In this document: one piece after another, positions 9,935 to 19,275 of the stretch | Position numbering within the stretch: the stretch's first letter is position 1 | How the letters are laid out: each line of letters starts with the position of its first letter | NCBI GenBank assembly: GCA_963665665.1 | Contig: OY762428.1 | Span: 736,001 to 800,000 of the forward strand | DNA: 64,000 bases | Source of the DNA: Candidatus Kapaibacterium sp. | GTDB taxonomy: Bacteria > Bacteroidota > Ignavibacteria > Kapaibacteriales > UBA2268 | Reading direction: 5' to 3' | Notes under the pieces: generated by a model | The model's input: only the letters and a program-made list of their open reading frames with translations | Databases searched by the model: none | Told to the model about the DNA's origin: nothing | Program-made: the position numbers and the translations under genes

Positions 9935-10471
9935 ATGCTTATCAAGAGAATAACATATGACATAATTTACATTGTGAATATTTCATTTGTTGCCGATACA
10001 AGTTTCAGCACATTAAGCTATAACTTTATAAATGGCGGTGGAGAAGAATACAGGGTTATGTTCCTTCTGAAACGAGGATTGAACAGCTATACCGAAAGCC
10101 TGATTGTCAATCCTGACCTTGATAACGAAAGTTCTGCAAAACGCCCGATGTTTGTTTCACTCGTAAACCTGGGCGACAATGTAAACGAGTATGAAAACAA
10201 AATTTATCTCGGACTTCACCCCAACCCTGCCGAAGATGTTGTTTATATCACGGCATTTACTCCGGCTTCTTCTGATGAAAACCGCCTAATAAATATTGAG
10301 ATAGTCAATCAGCTTGGCTCTGTAGTATTTAAAACAAAAGCTCGTCCCGGAGAAGAATTAAGAGTAGCTCTTGATGATATTCCAAACGGATTATATTACG
10401 TCCGTTCTTCGATTAATTCCGGTACTCATGGGTTTATGCCCGGCGTTAAGACATTGATAATAGAAAGGTAA
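9935..10471 (+). pseudogene. C-terminal fragment of a T9SS-secreted protein (type A sorting domain)
   Basis: LHPNPA...IEIVNQLG...PNGLYYV...KTLIIER is a T9SS CTD. There is no signal peptide and the 5' end abuts the AT-rich ATPase promoter region. Confidence 0.55.
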
Positions 10472-10490
10472 TAGTTCGATAATTTTATTG

Positions 10491-10519
10491 AAGCCGGGAA
10501 GAAATTCCCGGCTTTTTTT
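10491..10519 (+). terminator. Rho-independent terminator (copy 2, identical to 4636-4664)
   Basis: AAGCCGGGAAGAAATTCCCGGCTTTTTTT, 20 nt after the T9SS fragment stop. Confidence 0.8.
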
Positions 10520-10609
10520 GTACATTTTAAATAATCCAGGGTTCAATTATTAGATTATGCTAAAAAATGTACTGAAAATGTTTATGGAATATTTGAGTAA
10601 AAAGAAGGA

Positions 10610-10642
10610 AAGCCTTTGTAAATTATTGTATTACAAAGGCTT
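10610..10642. repeat. 12-bp perfect inverted repeat just downstream of tRNA-Lys (terminator or att-associated hairpin)
   Basis: AAGCCTTTGTAA-(9 nt)-TTACAAAGGCTT. Confidence 0.65.
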
Positions 10643-10656
10643 AGTGTTTTGTTTTG

Positions 10657-10729
10657 TGATCCCGGCAGGACTCGAACCTGCGGCCCTTTGATTAAAAGTC
10701 AAATGCTCTACCACCTGAGCTACGAGATC
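10657..10729 (-). tRNA. tRNA-Lys(TTT)
   Basis: Reverse complement folds as a cloverleaf: acceptor GATCTCG/CGGGATC, anticodon arm TTTGA-CTTTTAA-TCAAA, T arm GCAGG-TTCGAGT-CCTGC. CCA not encoded. Confidence 0.97.
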
Positions 10730-10745
10730 ATCAAAAGAACGAGCA

Positions 10746-10753
10746 CAAATATA
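10746..10753 (-). promoter_or_regulatory. Bacteroidota-type -7 promoter element for tRNA-Lys
   Basis: TATATTTG on the minus strand matches TAnnTTTG, 16 nt upstream of the tRNA. Confidence 0.6.
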
Positions 10754-10822
10754 CGACTATTTATAATACTATGCAAGTCTTTTTTTGTTTTTGTGCATTT
10801 TCTTTAAGTTTTTCAATGTGCG

Positions 10823-10897
10823 TGGGCCCTGCGTGATTTGAACACGCGACCTCTACCGTGTCGAGGTAGCGCTCTGGACCAGCTGAGCTAAGAGCCC
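10823..10897 (-). tRNA. tRNA-Val(GAC)
   Basis: Acceptor GGGCTCT/AGGGCCC, anticodon arm CTACC-TCGACAC-GGTAG, T arm GCGTG-TTCAAAT-CACGC. Confidence 0.96.
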
Positions 10898-10953
10898 CAA
10901 GAACAAGACTAACAATATAATGCCATTATATTGGCCTTGCAAGAAAATTTCAA

Positions 10954-11514
10954 TTAATCATCCATCAATTCTTTTTCTTTGGCATCGAGGATTTCATCAA
11001 TTTTTTTGACGAATTCATCAGTTATCTTTTGAACTTCATCTTCGCCCCATTTACGGTCATCTTCGGAGAAATCCTTATTTTTTTCTCCTTTTTTCAAAGC
11101 ATCCATCTGATCCCGGCGAATTGAACGAACAGCTATTTTACCGTCTTCTGCATACTTCTTAGTCATTTTAACGAATTCGCGACGTCTCTCTTCTGTAAGA
11201 GGCGGAACAGAAATACGGATCACATTGCCGTCATTCTGTGGATTAAACCCAAGATCAGCCTGTTGGATAGCTTTTTCAATTACCTGAATGGTATTACGAT
11301 CCCATGGCTGAATCATGATTGTTCTTGCATCAGGTGCTGATACAGTAGCCATTTGTGAAATAGGTGTAATTGTTCCGTAAAAGTCGGCTTTTACATCATC
11401 AACCAAAGAAGTAGAAGCTCTACCGGTTCTGACTTTTGATATCTGGCTTTTACAATATTCCAGGGATTTGTCCATTGCGGCCCTGGCGCCGTCAAGAATT
11501 TCCATCACATCCAT
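10954..11514 (-). CDS. frr: Ribosome recycling factor
   Basis: VRTGRA, IQPWD and PPLTEERR motifs; canonical position after pyrH. Confidence 0.98.
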   Translation of the reverse strand: MDVMEILDGARAAMDKSLEYCKSQISKVRTGRASTSLVDDVKADFYGTITPISQMATVSAPDARTIMIQPWDRNTIQVIEKAIQQADLGFNPQNDGNVIRISVPPLTEERRREFVKMTKKYAEDGKIAVRSIRRDQMDALKKGEKNKDFSEDDRKWGEDEVQKITDEFVKKIDEILDAKEKELMDD

Positions 11515-11530
11515 GACTTATCCTGATAAA

Positions 11531-12247
11531 TTATTTCATATCAACTATTGTTCCAATATCATCCCCGATCAACAGGCGTTTCAGATTGCCTTTTTCAAGT
11601 ATATTGAAAACAACGATCGGAAGATCGTTTTCTTTGCAAAGTGTAATTGCAGTTTGGTCCATTACGCGAAGATTTTTCTCAATTACCTCGTTGAACGAAA
11701 TATTGTCATACCTTCTGGCAGATTCGTTCTTTTCGGGGTCGCTGTCATAAACACCTGAAACCCTGGTACCTTTGATAATAACTTCTGCGTCAATTTCTAT
11801 AGCCCTGAGAACAGCAGCTGTATCGGTTGTGAAATAAGGGCTTCCAATACCGGCGGCAAAAAGTACAACCCTGTTTTTTTCAAGGTGGCGTATCGCACGT
11901 CGGCGTATAAAAGGTTCGGCTATTTCACGCATTTCAATTGCTGACTGAAGCCTGGTTGCGACACCAACCGCTTCAAGTGCATTCTGGAATGCTATACAGT
12001 TCATTACTGTTGCAAGCATACCCATGTGGTCGCCTGAAACTTTGTGAATTCCATGTGCTGCTGCCTGAATTCCCCGAAATATATTGCCACCGCCAATTAC
12101 AATACCGATTTGAGCGCCGAGGCTATATACCTCGGCGATCTCTTCGGCAAAAGACTTAAGCATTTCGGGGTCAATCCCGAATTGCTGGCGGCCCATCAGG
12201 GCTTCACCGCTTAATTTTAATAATAATCTATTGTACTTAAGTCCCAT
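11531..12247 (-). CDS. pyrH: Uridylate kinase
   Basis: [25 protein letters not shown] and PYFTTD motifs. Confidence 0.98.
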   Translation of the reverse strand: MGLKYNRLLLKLSGEALMGRQQFGIDPEMLKSFAEEIAEVYSLGAQIGIVIGGGNIFRGIQAAAHGIHKVSGDHMGMLATVMNCIAFQNALEAVGVATRLQSAIEMREIAEPFIRRRAIRHLEKNRVVLFAAGIGSPYFTTDTAAVLRAIEIDAEVIIKGTRVSGVYDSDPEKNESARRYDNISFNEVIEKNLRVMDQTAITLCKENDLPIVVFNILEKGNLKRLLIGDDIGTIVDMK

Positions 12248-12258
12248 TTCAAATCCAA

Positions 12259-13116
12259 TTATTCTTCGCCAAGGAAATAACGGCGGAATTTTGTAATCTT
12301 AACTTCACTGCCACATTCGTTAGAGATTTCTTTAAGAACATCAGAAATTTTCTTTTTTGAATCTTTAACGAATACCTGTTCTACAAGGCACTGTTCCTGG
12401 AAGAATTTACCAAGTTTACCTTCGGCAATTCTTTCAGCTATATCAGCGGGTTTCCCGGAATCAACAGCCTGCTGAATGTAAATCTCTTTTTCTTTTGCAA
12501 GAACATCGGCAGAAACTTCATCGCGGGTGATAAACATAGGATTCATTGCAGCTATCTGCATTGCAATATCCCTTGTCAGCGCTTTTGAATTATCATTTAG
12601 TTCTGCTGCAGTAACTTCAAGAAGAACGGCAAGTTTATTTCCTGCATGGATATATGCTTCGATATAACCTTCAGTAGTAACTTTTTCGAATCTGCGGATA
12701 CCGATATTTTCACTGAATTTTGCAAGAATTTCATTATGAAGGCCTTCAACAGTATCATTATCAACAGAAACTTTCATCAAATCTTCTACAGTTGCTGCAT
12801 CACTGCTAAGAGCAGCCCGGCAAACCTGGTTAGAATATTTTTCAAATTCTGCATTTTTTCCAACAAAGTCTGTTTCGCAGTTAACTTCTACTATGGCTGC
12901 TGCTTTGCTGTCATCATTAACCATAGCAATAACACAACCTTCTTTAGCAGCGCGGTCAGCCCTTTTAGCTGCTGAAGCAGCGCCTTTTTTGCGGAGAAAT
13001 TCGATGGCTGCCTGAAGATCGCCATCTGTATCTACAAGTGCTTTCTTGCAGTCTCCCATGCCGGCTCCGGTTTTTTCTCTGAGCTCTTTGACCATTTGTG
13101 GAGTGATCTGTGCCAT
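12259..13116 (-). CDS. tsf: Elongation factor Ts
   Basis: [19 protein letters not shown] and EVNCETDFV motifs. Confidence 0.98.
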   Translation of the reverse strand: MAQITPQMVKELREKTGAGMGDCKKALVDTDGDLQAAIEFLRKKGAASAAKRADRAAKEGCVIAMVNDDSKAAAIVEVNCETDFVGKNAEFEKYSNQVCRAALSSDAATVEDLMKVSVDNDTVEGLHNEILAKFSENIGIRRFEKVTTEGYIEAYIHAGNKLAVLLEVTAAELNDNSKALTRDIAMQIAAMNPMFITRDEVSADVLAKEKEIYIQQAVDSGKPADIAERIAEGKLGKFFQEQCLVEQVFVKDSKKKISDVLKEISNECGSEVKITKFRRYFLGEE

Positions 13117-13171
13117 TATAGTTATTCCATTTATAATTAATAATTATTTGTCATTTTATCCCGAAACAACT

Positions 13172-14035
13172 TTATTCTGCTGAATCAGCTTTTGCTTCTT
13201 CTTTGTTTTCAGTAGTTTCTTCGTTATCTGATTTTTTGCCTTTACGTTCACGCATTTTCCTGCGAACAACCGGAACTTCTTCCTTATTCTCTGTTTCGTT
13301 TTCTTTTGTTTCCCTGTCGCTGCCAGCGCTGAGTTCAGCCATTCTTGCTTTTGCAATCTGAGTACCTTCGTTAATTGCTTCGGCAAGGATTTTTGTAACG
13401 AGTTCTACAGTTCTGATCGAATCGTCATTAGCCGGTATCGGATAATCAACCAGTTCCGGGTCGGCATTTGTATCAACAATTGCTATAACAGGAATTCCAA
13501 GGATCTTTGCTTCTTTAATAGCAAGGTGTTCCTTTTTAATATCTACAACGAAAAGAGCTCCCGGGAGCCTTGTCATATCTTCAATTCCACCGAAGAATTT
13601 GCGAAGTCTTTCGCGTTCGCGGCCGAGCATGAGCCTTTCTTTCTTGGTGATTTTTTCAAAAGTACCGTCAACTTCCATTTTATCGATTGCGCTAAGTCTT
13701 TTGATTGATTTACGAATTGTCTGGAAATTAGTAAGCATACCGCCAAGCCAGCGTTCAGATACGAAATTCATACTGCAGCTTTTTGCCTGTTCTTCTATTG
13801 TGGCTTTGCTCTGGCTTTTTGTTCCAACAAAAAGGACAATTTTGCCTTTTGATGCAATGTCGTAAATCACTTCTCTTGCTATGTCGATAAGGACTTGGGT
13901 TTTCCTAAGGTCGATTATGTGAATGCCGTTTCTTTCACTGAAAATGAACTGTTGCATTTTAGGATTCCAACGACGTGTCAGGTGGCCAAAGTGGGCTCCT
14001 GCTTCCAACAATTTTTCAATTGATGCGTAATGCAT
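13172..14035 (-). CDS. rpsB: 30S ribosomal protein S2
   Basis: [20 protein letters not shown] and PANDDSIR motifs. Start reassigned to ATG 14035 (MHYASIE), which is preceded by AGGAGA. Confidence 0.97.
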   Translation of the reverse strand: MHYASIEKLLEAGAHFGHLTRRWNPKMQQFIFSERNGIHIIDLRKTQVLIDIAREVIYDIASKGKIVLFVGTKSQSKATIEEQAKSCSMNFVSERWLGGMLTNFQTIRKSIKRLSAIDKMEVDGTFEKITKKERLMLGRERERLRKFFGGIEDMTRLPGALFVVDIKKEHLAIKEAKILGIPVIAIVDTNADPELVDYPIPANDDSIRTVELVTKILAEAINEGTQIAKARMAELSAGSDRETKENETENKEEVPVVRRKMRERKGKKSDNEETTENKEEAKADSAE

Positions 14036-14180
14036 TTGTTTCTCCTGTGTTGTCTCTTCTGTTCCCTTCTTCTCATCCTTAAAACATTTTGATGCCACAC
14101 CAGGATAATCCGGGAACATGATTTTTTAAAATTTTTAATTATTATATGCCGCAAAAGTGCTCTGTTCTGAAATAAAACGA

Positions 14181-14567
14181 TTAACGTTTAGAGAACTGGA
14201 AGCGTTTACGGGCTTTTTTCTGACCGTATTTTTTACGTTCAACCATCCTGGGGTCACGGGTTAACAAACCGTGCCTGCGAAGCCTTGAACGAAATTCTTC
14301 ATCGTATTGCAACAATGCCCTGGCGATACCAAGCTGCATAGCGCCTGTCTGGCCTGTCATGCCGCCGCCTTTAACTGTAACAAATACATCGAAGCTGGCG
14401 TTAAGGTCAAGAACTGTAAGCGGACGAATAGCTAAGGTACGGTTCAATTCAACAGGAAAGAATTCTTCAAACTCTCTCTTGTTTACTCTCACTTTGCCTG
14501 TGCCGTGAGTAAGGCGTACCTGTGCAATCGCATTTTTTCTCCTGCCAGTTGCTATATAAGCCTTCAT
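14181..14567 (-). CDS. rpsI: 30S ribosomal protein S9
   Basis: TGRRK, GGG.TGQ and the C-terminus [19 protein letters not shown]. Confidence 0.98.
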   Translation of the reverse strand: MKAYIATGRRKNAIAQVRLTHGTGKVRVNKREFEEFFPVELNRTLAIRPLTVLDLNASFDVFVTVKGGGMTGQTGAMQLGIARALLQYDEEFRSRLRRHGLLTRDPRMVERKKYGQKKARKRFQFSKR

Positions 14568-14607
14568 CTAATAAGAACTCCAAATTTTATTGAAAAGAAT
14601 TTAATCA

Positions 14608-15054
14608 TTATTTAACGTCGAAAACTTCAGGTTTCTGAGCTGAATGAGGATGCTCGCTGCCTTTGTAAACTTTCAATTTCTTGAAAATCTGCCTGCCGAG
14701 TTTATTTTTCGGCAACATACCTTTTACGGAATGTTCGATAATGAATTCAGGATGTTCAATCAGCAAATCTTTAAATTTGCGGAATTTTTCCCTTCCGGGA
14801 TAACCGGAGTGCGAGAAATATTCTTTCTGCTGAATCCTTTTCCCTTTCATTTCAACTTTTTCCGCGTTAACAACGATGACAAAATCACCGCAGTCAACAT
14901 GTGGTGTGAACCAAGGCTTACCCTTGCCGCGTAATAATGTGGCAACATGGGTTGCAAGGCGTCCGACAGTCATACCTTCAGCGTCAATCAGCCACCAATT
15001 GCGCTCTACGTCTTCTTTTCTCATTGATCTGGTTATTTTTGCTGACGGTTCCAC
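14608..15054 (-). CDS. rplM: 50S ribosomal protein L13
   Basis: WWLIDA...[20 protein letters not shown] and HPHSAQKP motifs; GTG start. Confidence 0.98.
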   Translation of the reverse strand: MEPSAKITRSMRKEDVERNWWLIDAEGMTVGRLATHVATLLRGKGKPWFTPHVDCGDFVIVVNAEKVEMKGKRIQQKEYFSHSGYPGREKFRKFKDLLIEHPEFIIEHSVKGMLPKNKLGRQIFKKLKVYKGSEHPHSAQKPEVFDVK

Positions 15055-15192
15055 GGAAAACTCCTATGTTAATAAAATCATTATAATAAATTTCTGCTAT
15101 ATAAGCAGTTGCAAAATTTAAATTTATTGCTCCGTCCCACGGGAGCAGCCCGGAAATCTTGCATACCGGACGTCATGCTCGGGTTAGACTTG

Positions 15193-15200
15193 CAAAATTA
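15193..15200 (-). promoter_or_regulatory. Putative -7 promoter element of the rplM operon
   Basis: TAATTTTG (TAnnTTTG) on the minus strand, about 140 nt upstream of rplM. Confidence 0.5.
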
Positions 15201-15273
15201 ATACTTTTTTGGGACTTAGAATAATTTTTATTGTGAATTTTTTAAAATTTTAGCAGATATTTATAAAATATTT

Positions 15274-17334
15274 TCAATTTTTTTGTATTTGAATTGCCCC
15301 CATCCCACTATCAGACCTGGCAACAAGGTAATAATTACCCGATGGAAGTATAGAAAGCAACTTATGTCCATTGAATTCATTCATTCCCGTGTTTAAATTC
15401 AAATCCTTCATAGATGAAATTTCCGCTCCGCTGTTATCGAAAATATAAATTGACACAAGCTCCTGTTTTGTCATCTCGATACTGATAGTTGATGACAAGC
15501 TTACAGGATTGGGTAATACCTCAATACTTTTTAAGGCACCGTATGGCTCAATCAGCCTGGGGCCGCCTTCCCGGCAAAAATCCTTAAGGTTAAACTTTCC
15601 GTTTTTTGAATTAATTACCCTGAAAAAGTCGGATTCAATCCTGATATTTTTTATTTGCAGGTCTGTAATCGTGTCGTTGCCAAGACCAACCTTGAAATCC
15701 AGAAGAGCAAATACATTTTCCGTTTCATTATGCGAAAACAATGAAAATGGCACTTTATAGCTTGATGTTCGAATATCATCCCGAACAGAATGCTTATCAG
15801 AATTCAAAGGGAAAAGCATGGAAAATTTGTATGAAATATCAAAACTGATACTGTCGGTTTCTTTCAGATTCAATTCAGGTACACTATTAAAATAAACCGG
15901 TATTTGAATTTCTGACGATTGCTCTGCTGAAGAACTTCCTACCGTAACCGACGAATAGGAACGTGAATCCATGATTTTCCACAGGAAAGAAGAATTTGTA
16001 CCGGAACTTATCTTGATACTATCACCAAAATCAGCATTTCCCGTAAAAGCACCTGTGGTATATATTTCCGTGGAGTAATCGCCATATTCGGTTTTCACAG
16101 AATATCCAATATCATTTAGCCCGGGAACCTGGTTATCGCCTCCTGCGTCCAAAATCCAACGAACATTTCCATTTGTAAGCATTTTTGCTAAAAAAATGTT
16201 ATTTTGTCCTACAGAATGAATTGTATCAGTTTCAAATGGAATTGTTCCGGAATATGTGCCTGTAACATATAGCGCATTTTTTTCATTACAATTTATGCTT
16301 GTGGGGATAGAATAAAAATCACTTCTAAATTTTTTTCCCCATTTAACCTTGCCGTTTTTATCAAGGCTTAATACAAATCCATCAGTATTTGTTGACAATA
16401 TATTGACGGTATCCCAATTAACAAAACCATAGAAATTTCCACAAATAAAGATATTTCCTTGATTATCAATATCTATGGCTTCGCTAAAAGCTAAAGATGT
16501 TACAGGGGCTGTAAGCCATTCTACATCTCCGTCCATAGAATATTTACAAACGAACGGGGTTTCATCCGGATTTGCCGGGGATAATATATATTCGTTAAAC
16601 CGTGTTTCTCTTTTCGTGTATCCGGTAATCACAATCTCCTGATCGAATATCTCAGCATCAGCAACTATATTTGTGTCAGGGCCGCCAACAGTTCTAACCC
16701 ATTCGGGAGACCATTTTTTATCGAACAGGACAAGCAATCCGTCTTCATTTTTTAAGTTAAAAACATCAAAATCCCCAATCCTGAAACTTTGCAAAAAACC
16801 GCCTATAATCAGGTATTTATTATTTTCAGTTTCAAGAACCTTCCGGCAAATTTCACTGCCGTAGCCACCATAATTTCTGGCAAATATCCATTCTCCGTTC
16901 GTTGAAATCCCCGCTATATACATATCCGAAGATCCGGCGGATTCGAGTGTAAAAGGGCCGAATTCTGCCGTTTGGAAGAAATGCCCCGAAATGATCAGAT
17001 TATTTTCTGAATTAAGCATTATATCCGACACCCCGTCGTTAAGTTCGGAACCACAGCTCTTAGCCCAAAGACATCTTCCTGATGAATCGAATTTTGCGAT
17101 GAAAACATCATAGTATTCATTGGATTCTAATGTGTTTCCGTCAAAATTTATTGTACCGGCAAAAACGCCTGTAATATAAATATTCCCATCGGCATCCTTT
17201 ACCAGGTCTATTCCATAGTCAAAAGTATTTCCCCGGCTTGCCTCGGCCCACACAGTAAATGGTCTTCTTTCGCCTGAATAAGAGCTTGCTGTTACGAACA
17301 GCAAGAAGAAAATATATATTATCAGATTTTTCAT
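15274..17334 (-). CDS. Secreted beta-propeller (SBBP-like repeats) protein with T9SS-type C-terminal domain
   Basis: Signal peptide, repeated D..GNI(Y/F)ITG.F.G and D.FIAK(F/Y)D..G...W units, and C-terminal PNPV...SGNYYL. Confidence 0.8.
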   Translation of the reverse strand: MKNLIIYIFFLLFVTASSYSGERRPFTVWAEASRGNTFDYGIDLVKDADGNIYITGVFAGTINFDGNTLESNEYYDVFIAKFDSSGRCLWAKSCGSELNDGVSDIMLNSENNLIISGHFFQTAEFGPFTLESAGSSDMYIAGISTNGEWIFARNYGGYGSEICRKVLETENNKYLIIGGFLQSFRIGDFDVFNLKNEDGLLVLFDKKWSPEWVRTVGGPDTNIVADAEIFDQEIVITGYTKRETRFNEYILSPANPDETPFVCKYSMDGDVEWLTAPVTSLAFSEAIDIDNQGNIFICGNFYGFVNWDTVNILSTNTDGFVLSLDKNGKVKWGKKFRSDFYSIPTSINCNEKNALYVTGTYSGTIPFETDTIHSVGQNNIFLAKMLTNGNVRWILDAGGDNQVPGLNDIGYSVKTEYGDYSTEIYTTGAFTGNADFGDSIKISSGTNSSFLWKIMDSRSYSSVTVGSSSAEQSSEIQIPVYFNSVPELNLKETDSISFDISYKFSMLFPLNSDKHSVRDDIRTSSYKVPFSLFSHNETENVFALLDFKVGLGNDTITDLQIKNIRIESDFFRVINSKNGKFNLKDFCREGGPRLIEPYGALKSIEVLPNPVSLSSTISIEMTKQELVSIYIFDNSGAEISSMKDLNLNTGMNEFNGHKLLSILPSGNYYLVARSDSGMGAIQIQKN

Positions 17335-17339
17335 AATTT

Positions 17340-19274
17340 CTACGGATTAATTAATATTTCAACAGTTCTGCTGTAGATTCTTCCTTCGGGATATTTGTTG
17401 TCATATAATTGTTTTGTTTCACCATAAGAATTTACTTCTGCATTCCTGGCTCCGATTTTATCAATCAGGATTCTTGCTCTTGCTTCTGCACGAAGATTAT
17501 TTGTTTCTTCAAAACCGGTTTTGTCGGTATACGAGTTAACTACTATCTTGTCGCCTGGTTTGATACTGAGTTTTATCAGTTCGGCAATTCTGTCGTTCAG
17601 CTGGTTCAGGTTCAGACTTTCATAATCCGGAAAAAGCAGAAAATACCTGTCTGTTTTCTTCTCGCTGTATTCTACGGGTATTTTTACGGTATCAACCCGG
17701 CTGAACGAATTATAATTTTTATTGGGGTGAACATTATATATATAAACAAGCTCATCATCAATCATTTTAACGTTATTTTCTGCACCCGAAAAACTATATT
17801 CAATACTTTCCGGCATCCAGCCCTTTTTTTCAACAGAAGCTATTTCAATTCCTTTTTTAATCACAGACATTTGCCATGATTTAACCCCGTCAGGAAAATC
17901 AATATCCGGAACAAATTTTATCCCCGAGCTAATCAATTCGGAATCTTCATTTTCAACAAACAAAGGAGCCATCAGATCCCAGGAATCGGGTATGATCTCC
18001 ACCCTGTCCTTTTCTATTAATATAGCAGCATCTTCCATCTCTATAGCATTGCTGCTTTGTATATCAGAATCCATTGTTTTATTAACATTTACTGCGATTT
18101 TTATTCTGTCAGGTTCTATTTTCCAGTTTTTTACAAGATACAATTTTATGGATTCAGCTCTTTTCTGAGAAATTTCATCCGGATCAGAATATTTGTTCAG
18201 CACAGAAACCCCGGTTTTCAATCTAATCCCAACATCCGGATTTACCGTCATTCTTCTGCCAAGAATGTTCAGAACGTGATAATAAGTTTCCAGTGCTGAT
18301 TTTTCCGACAAATCCTCTTCGTAAAATTTTTGGGTTTCAGATTCCTCTAAAAGTTCATACCGCTCAGGAATTTCATAAGTATCAGGCTCAAAGAAAATAT
18401 AGTTTAGAATAGGTTTCATAGTAACTTTAAGATTTTTTCTAACCATAATACTATTTTGCGGATTACCAAGTGAATCATAAGCAAAATAGACTACTGAACC
18501 ATTCAAGTCAGTAAATTTTTTCAGGTAAGAATCAATAGTATATTTGGCTGAAACACCGAAAGATAATAAGTCACCGGTTAAGTCCTGATCGGAAAGATGG
18601 CTGCTCATTCCAAATTGATAAAAAATTTCCGGTGTAATAGTTAAATCCTTAGTTTTGGTTACAACAAAATCATAAGAAGCACCTAAAAGAAGATTTATAC
18701 CCAGGGCTTTTGAATTCGACACAGACCCTGAATACTCATTTCTCCTGACAGTTCCGGAAGTAAAGGTAGAAATATTTTGTGATTTCAGCATTTCATATTG
18801 ATCGAATTTCAATCCGGTCCGGTAACTCAATCCAATACCGGACATAATATTGGCACTTTTAAAAAACCTAAAACCGAGAAGATAATCAAAATCAACTGCA
18901 GAGGATTTTATTTCAAGGTAATGCCTGATAAAAGCTTCCTCGTATCTGTCATTATAAATAATTGTTACCGGCTCTTCATTGTTCAGTTCTGCATTGAAGG
19001 ACACAAAAGAAACCCGGAATTCTGAAAAGAAGCTTTTCGTCATCGGGTAATCAACAACAAATCCAAAGTCAAATCCTCCGCCATTTCCCTCTGAAAATAG
19101 CGGGCAGCAATTGGGGTAACGGCCAATTTTCCTAATATCAGTTTGCACCGAAGATGAAATTTTACCGGCATTTATACCCGCTCTGAAGCCATAAAAATTC
19201 TCTTCGCCGGCATAAGTAGCATTGGCAGGAAATATTAATAAAATAACTAATATGTAATATTTATAAAATTTCAA
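17340..19274 (-). CDS. Outer-membrane beta-barrel / OmpA-family protein
   Basis: Signal peptide, N-terminal alternating aromatic strands, and OmpA-like motifs (NYIFF, SQKRAESIK; YTDKTG...N..RAEARA...RTVEI). TTG start. Confidence 0.8.
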   Translation of the reverse strand: MKFYKYYILVILLIFPANATYAGEENFYGFRAGINAGKISSSVQTDIRKIGRYPNCCPLFSEGNGGGFDFGFVVDYPMTKSFFSEFRVSFVSFNAELNNEEPVTIIYNDRYEEAFIRHYLEIKSSAVDFDYLLGFRFFKSANIMSGIGLSYRTGLKFDQYEMLKSQNISTFTSGTVRRNEYSGSVSNSKALGINLLLGASYDFVVTKTKDLTITPEIFYQFGMSSHLSDQDLTGDLLSFGVSAKYTIDSYLKKFTDLNGSVVYFAYDSLGNPQNSIMVRKNLKVTMKPILNYIFFEPDTYEIPERYELLEESETQKFYEEDLSEKSALETYYHVLNILGRRMTVNPDVGIRLKTGVSVLNKYSDPDEISQKRAESIKLYLVKNWKIEPDRIKIAVNVNKTMDSDIQSSNAIEMEDAAILIEKDRVEIIPDSWDLMAPLFVENEDSELISSGIKFVPDIDFPDGVKSWQMSVIKKGIEIASVEKKGWMPESIEYSFSGAENNVKMIDDELVYIYNVHPNKNYNSFSRVDTVKIPVEYSEKKTDRYFLLFPDYESLNLNQLNDRIAELIKLSIKPGDKIVVNSYTDKTGFEETNNLRAEARARILIDKIGARNAEVNSYGETKQLYDNKYPEGRIYSRTVEILINP

Positions 19275-19275
19275 A

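Noticed and set aside
14036-14119. N-terminal extension of RpsB in the ORF track
   Set aside because: S2 homology starts at MHYASIE, which has an AGGAGA element upstream. The extra region is more likely 5' UTR, and I could not support a specific leader structure.
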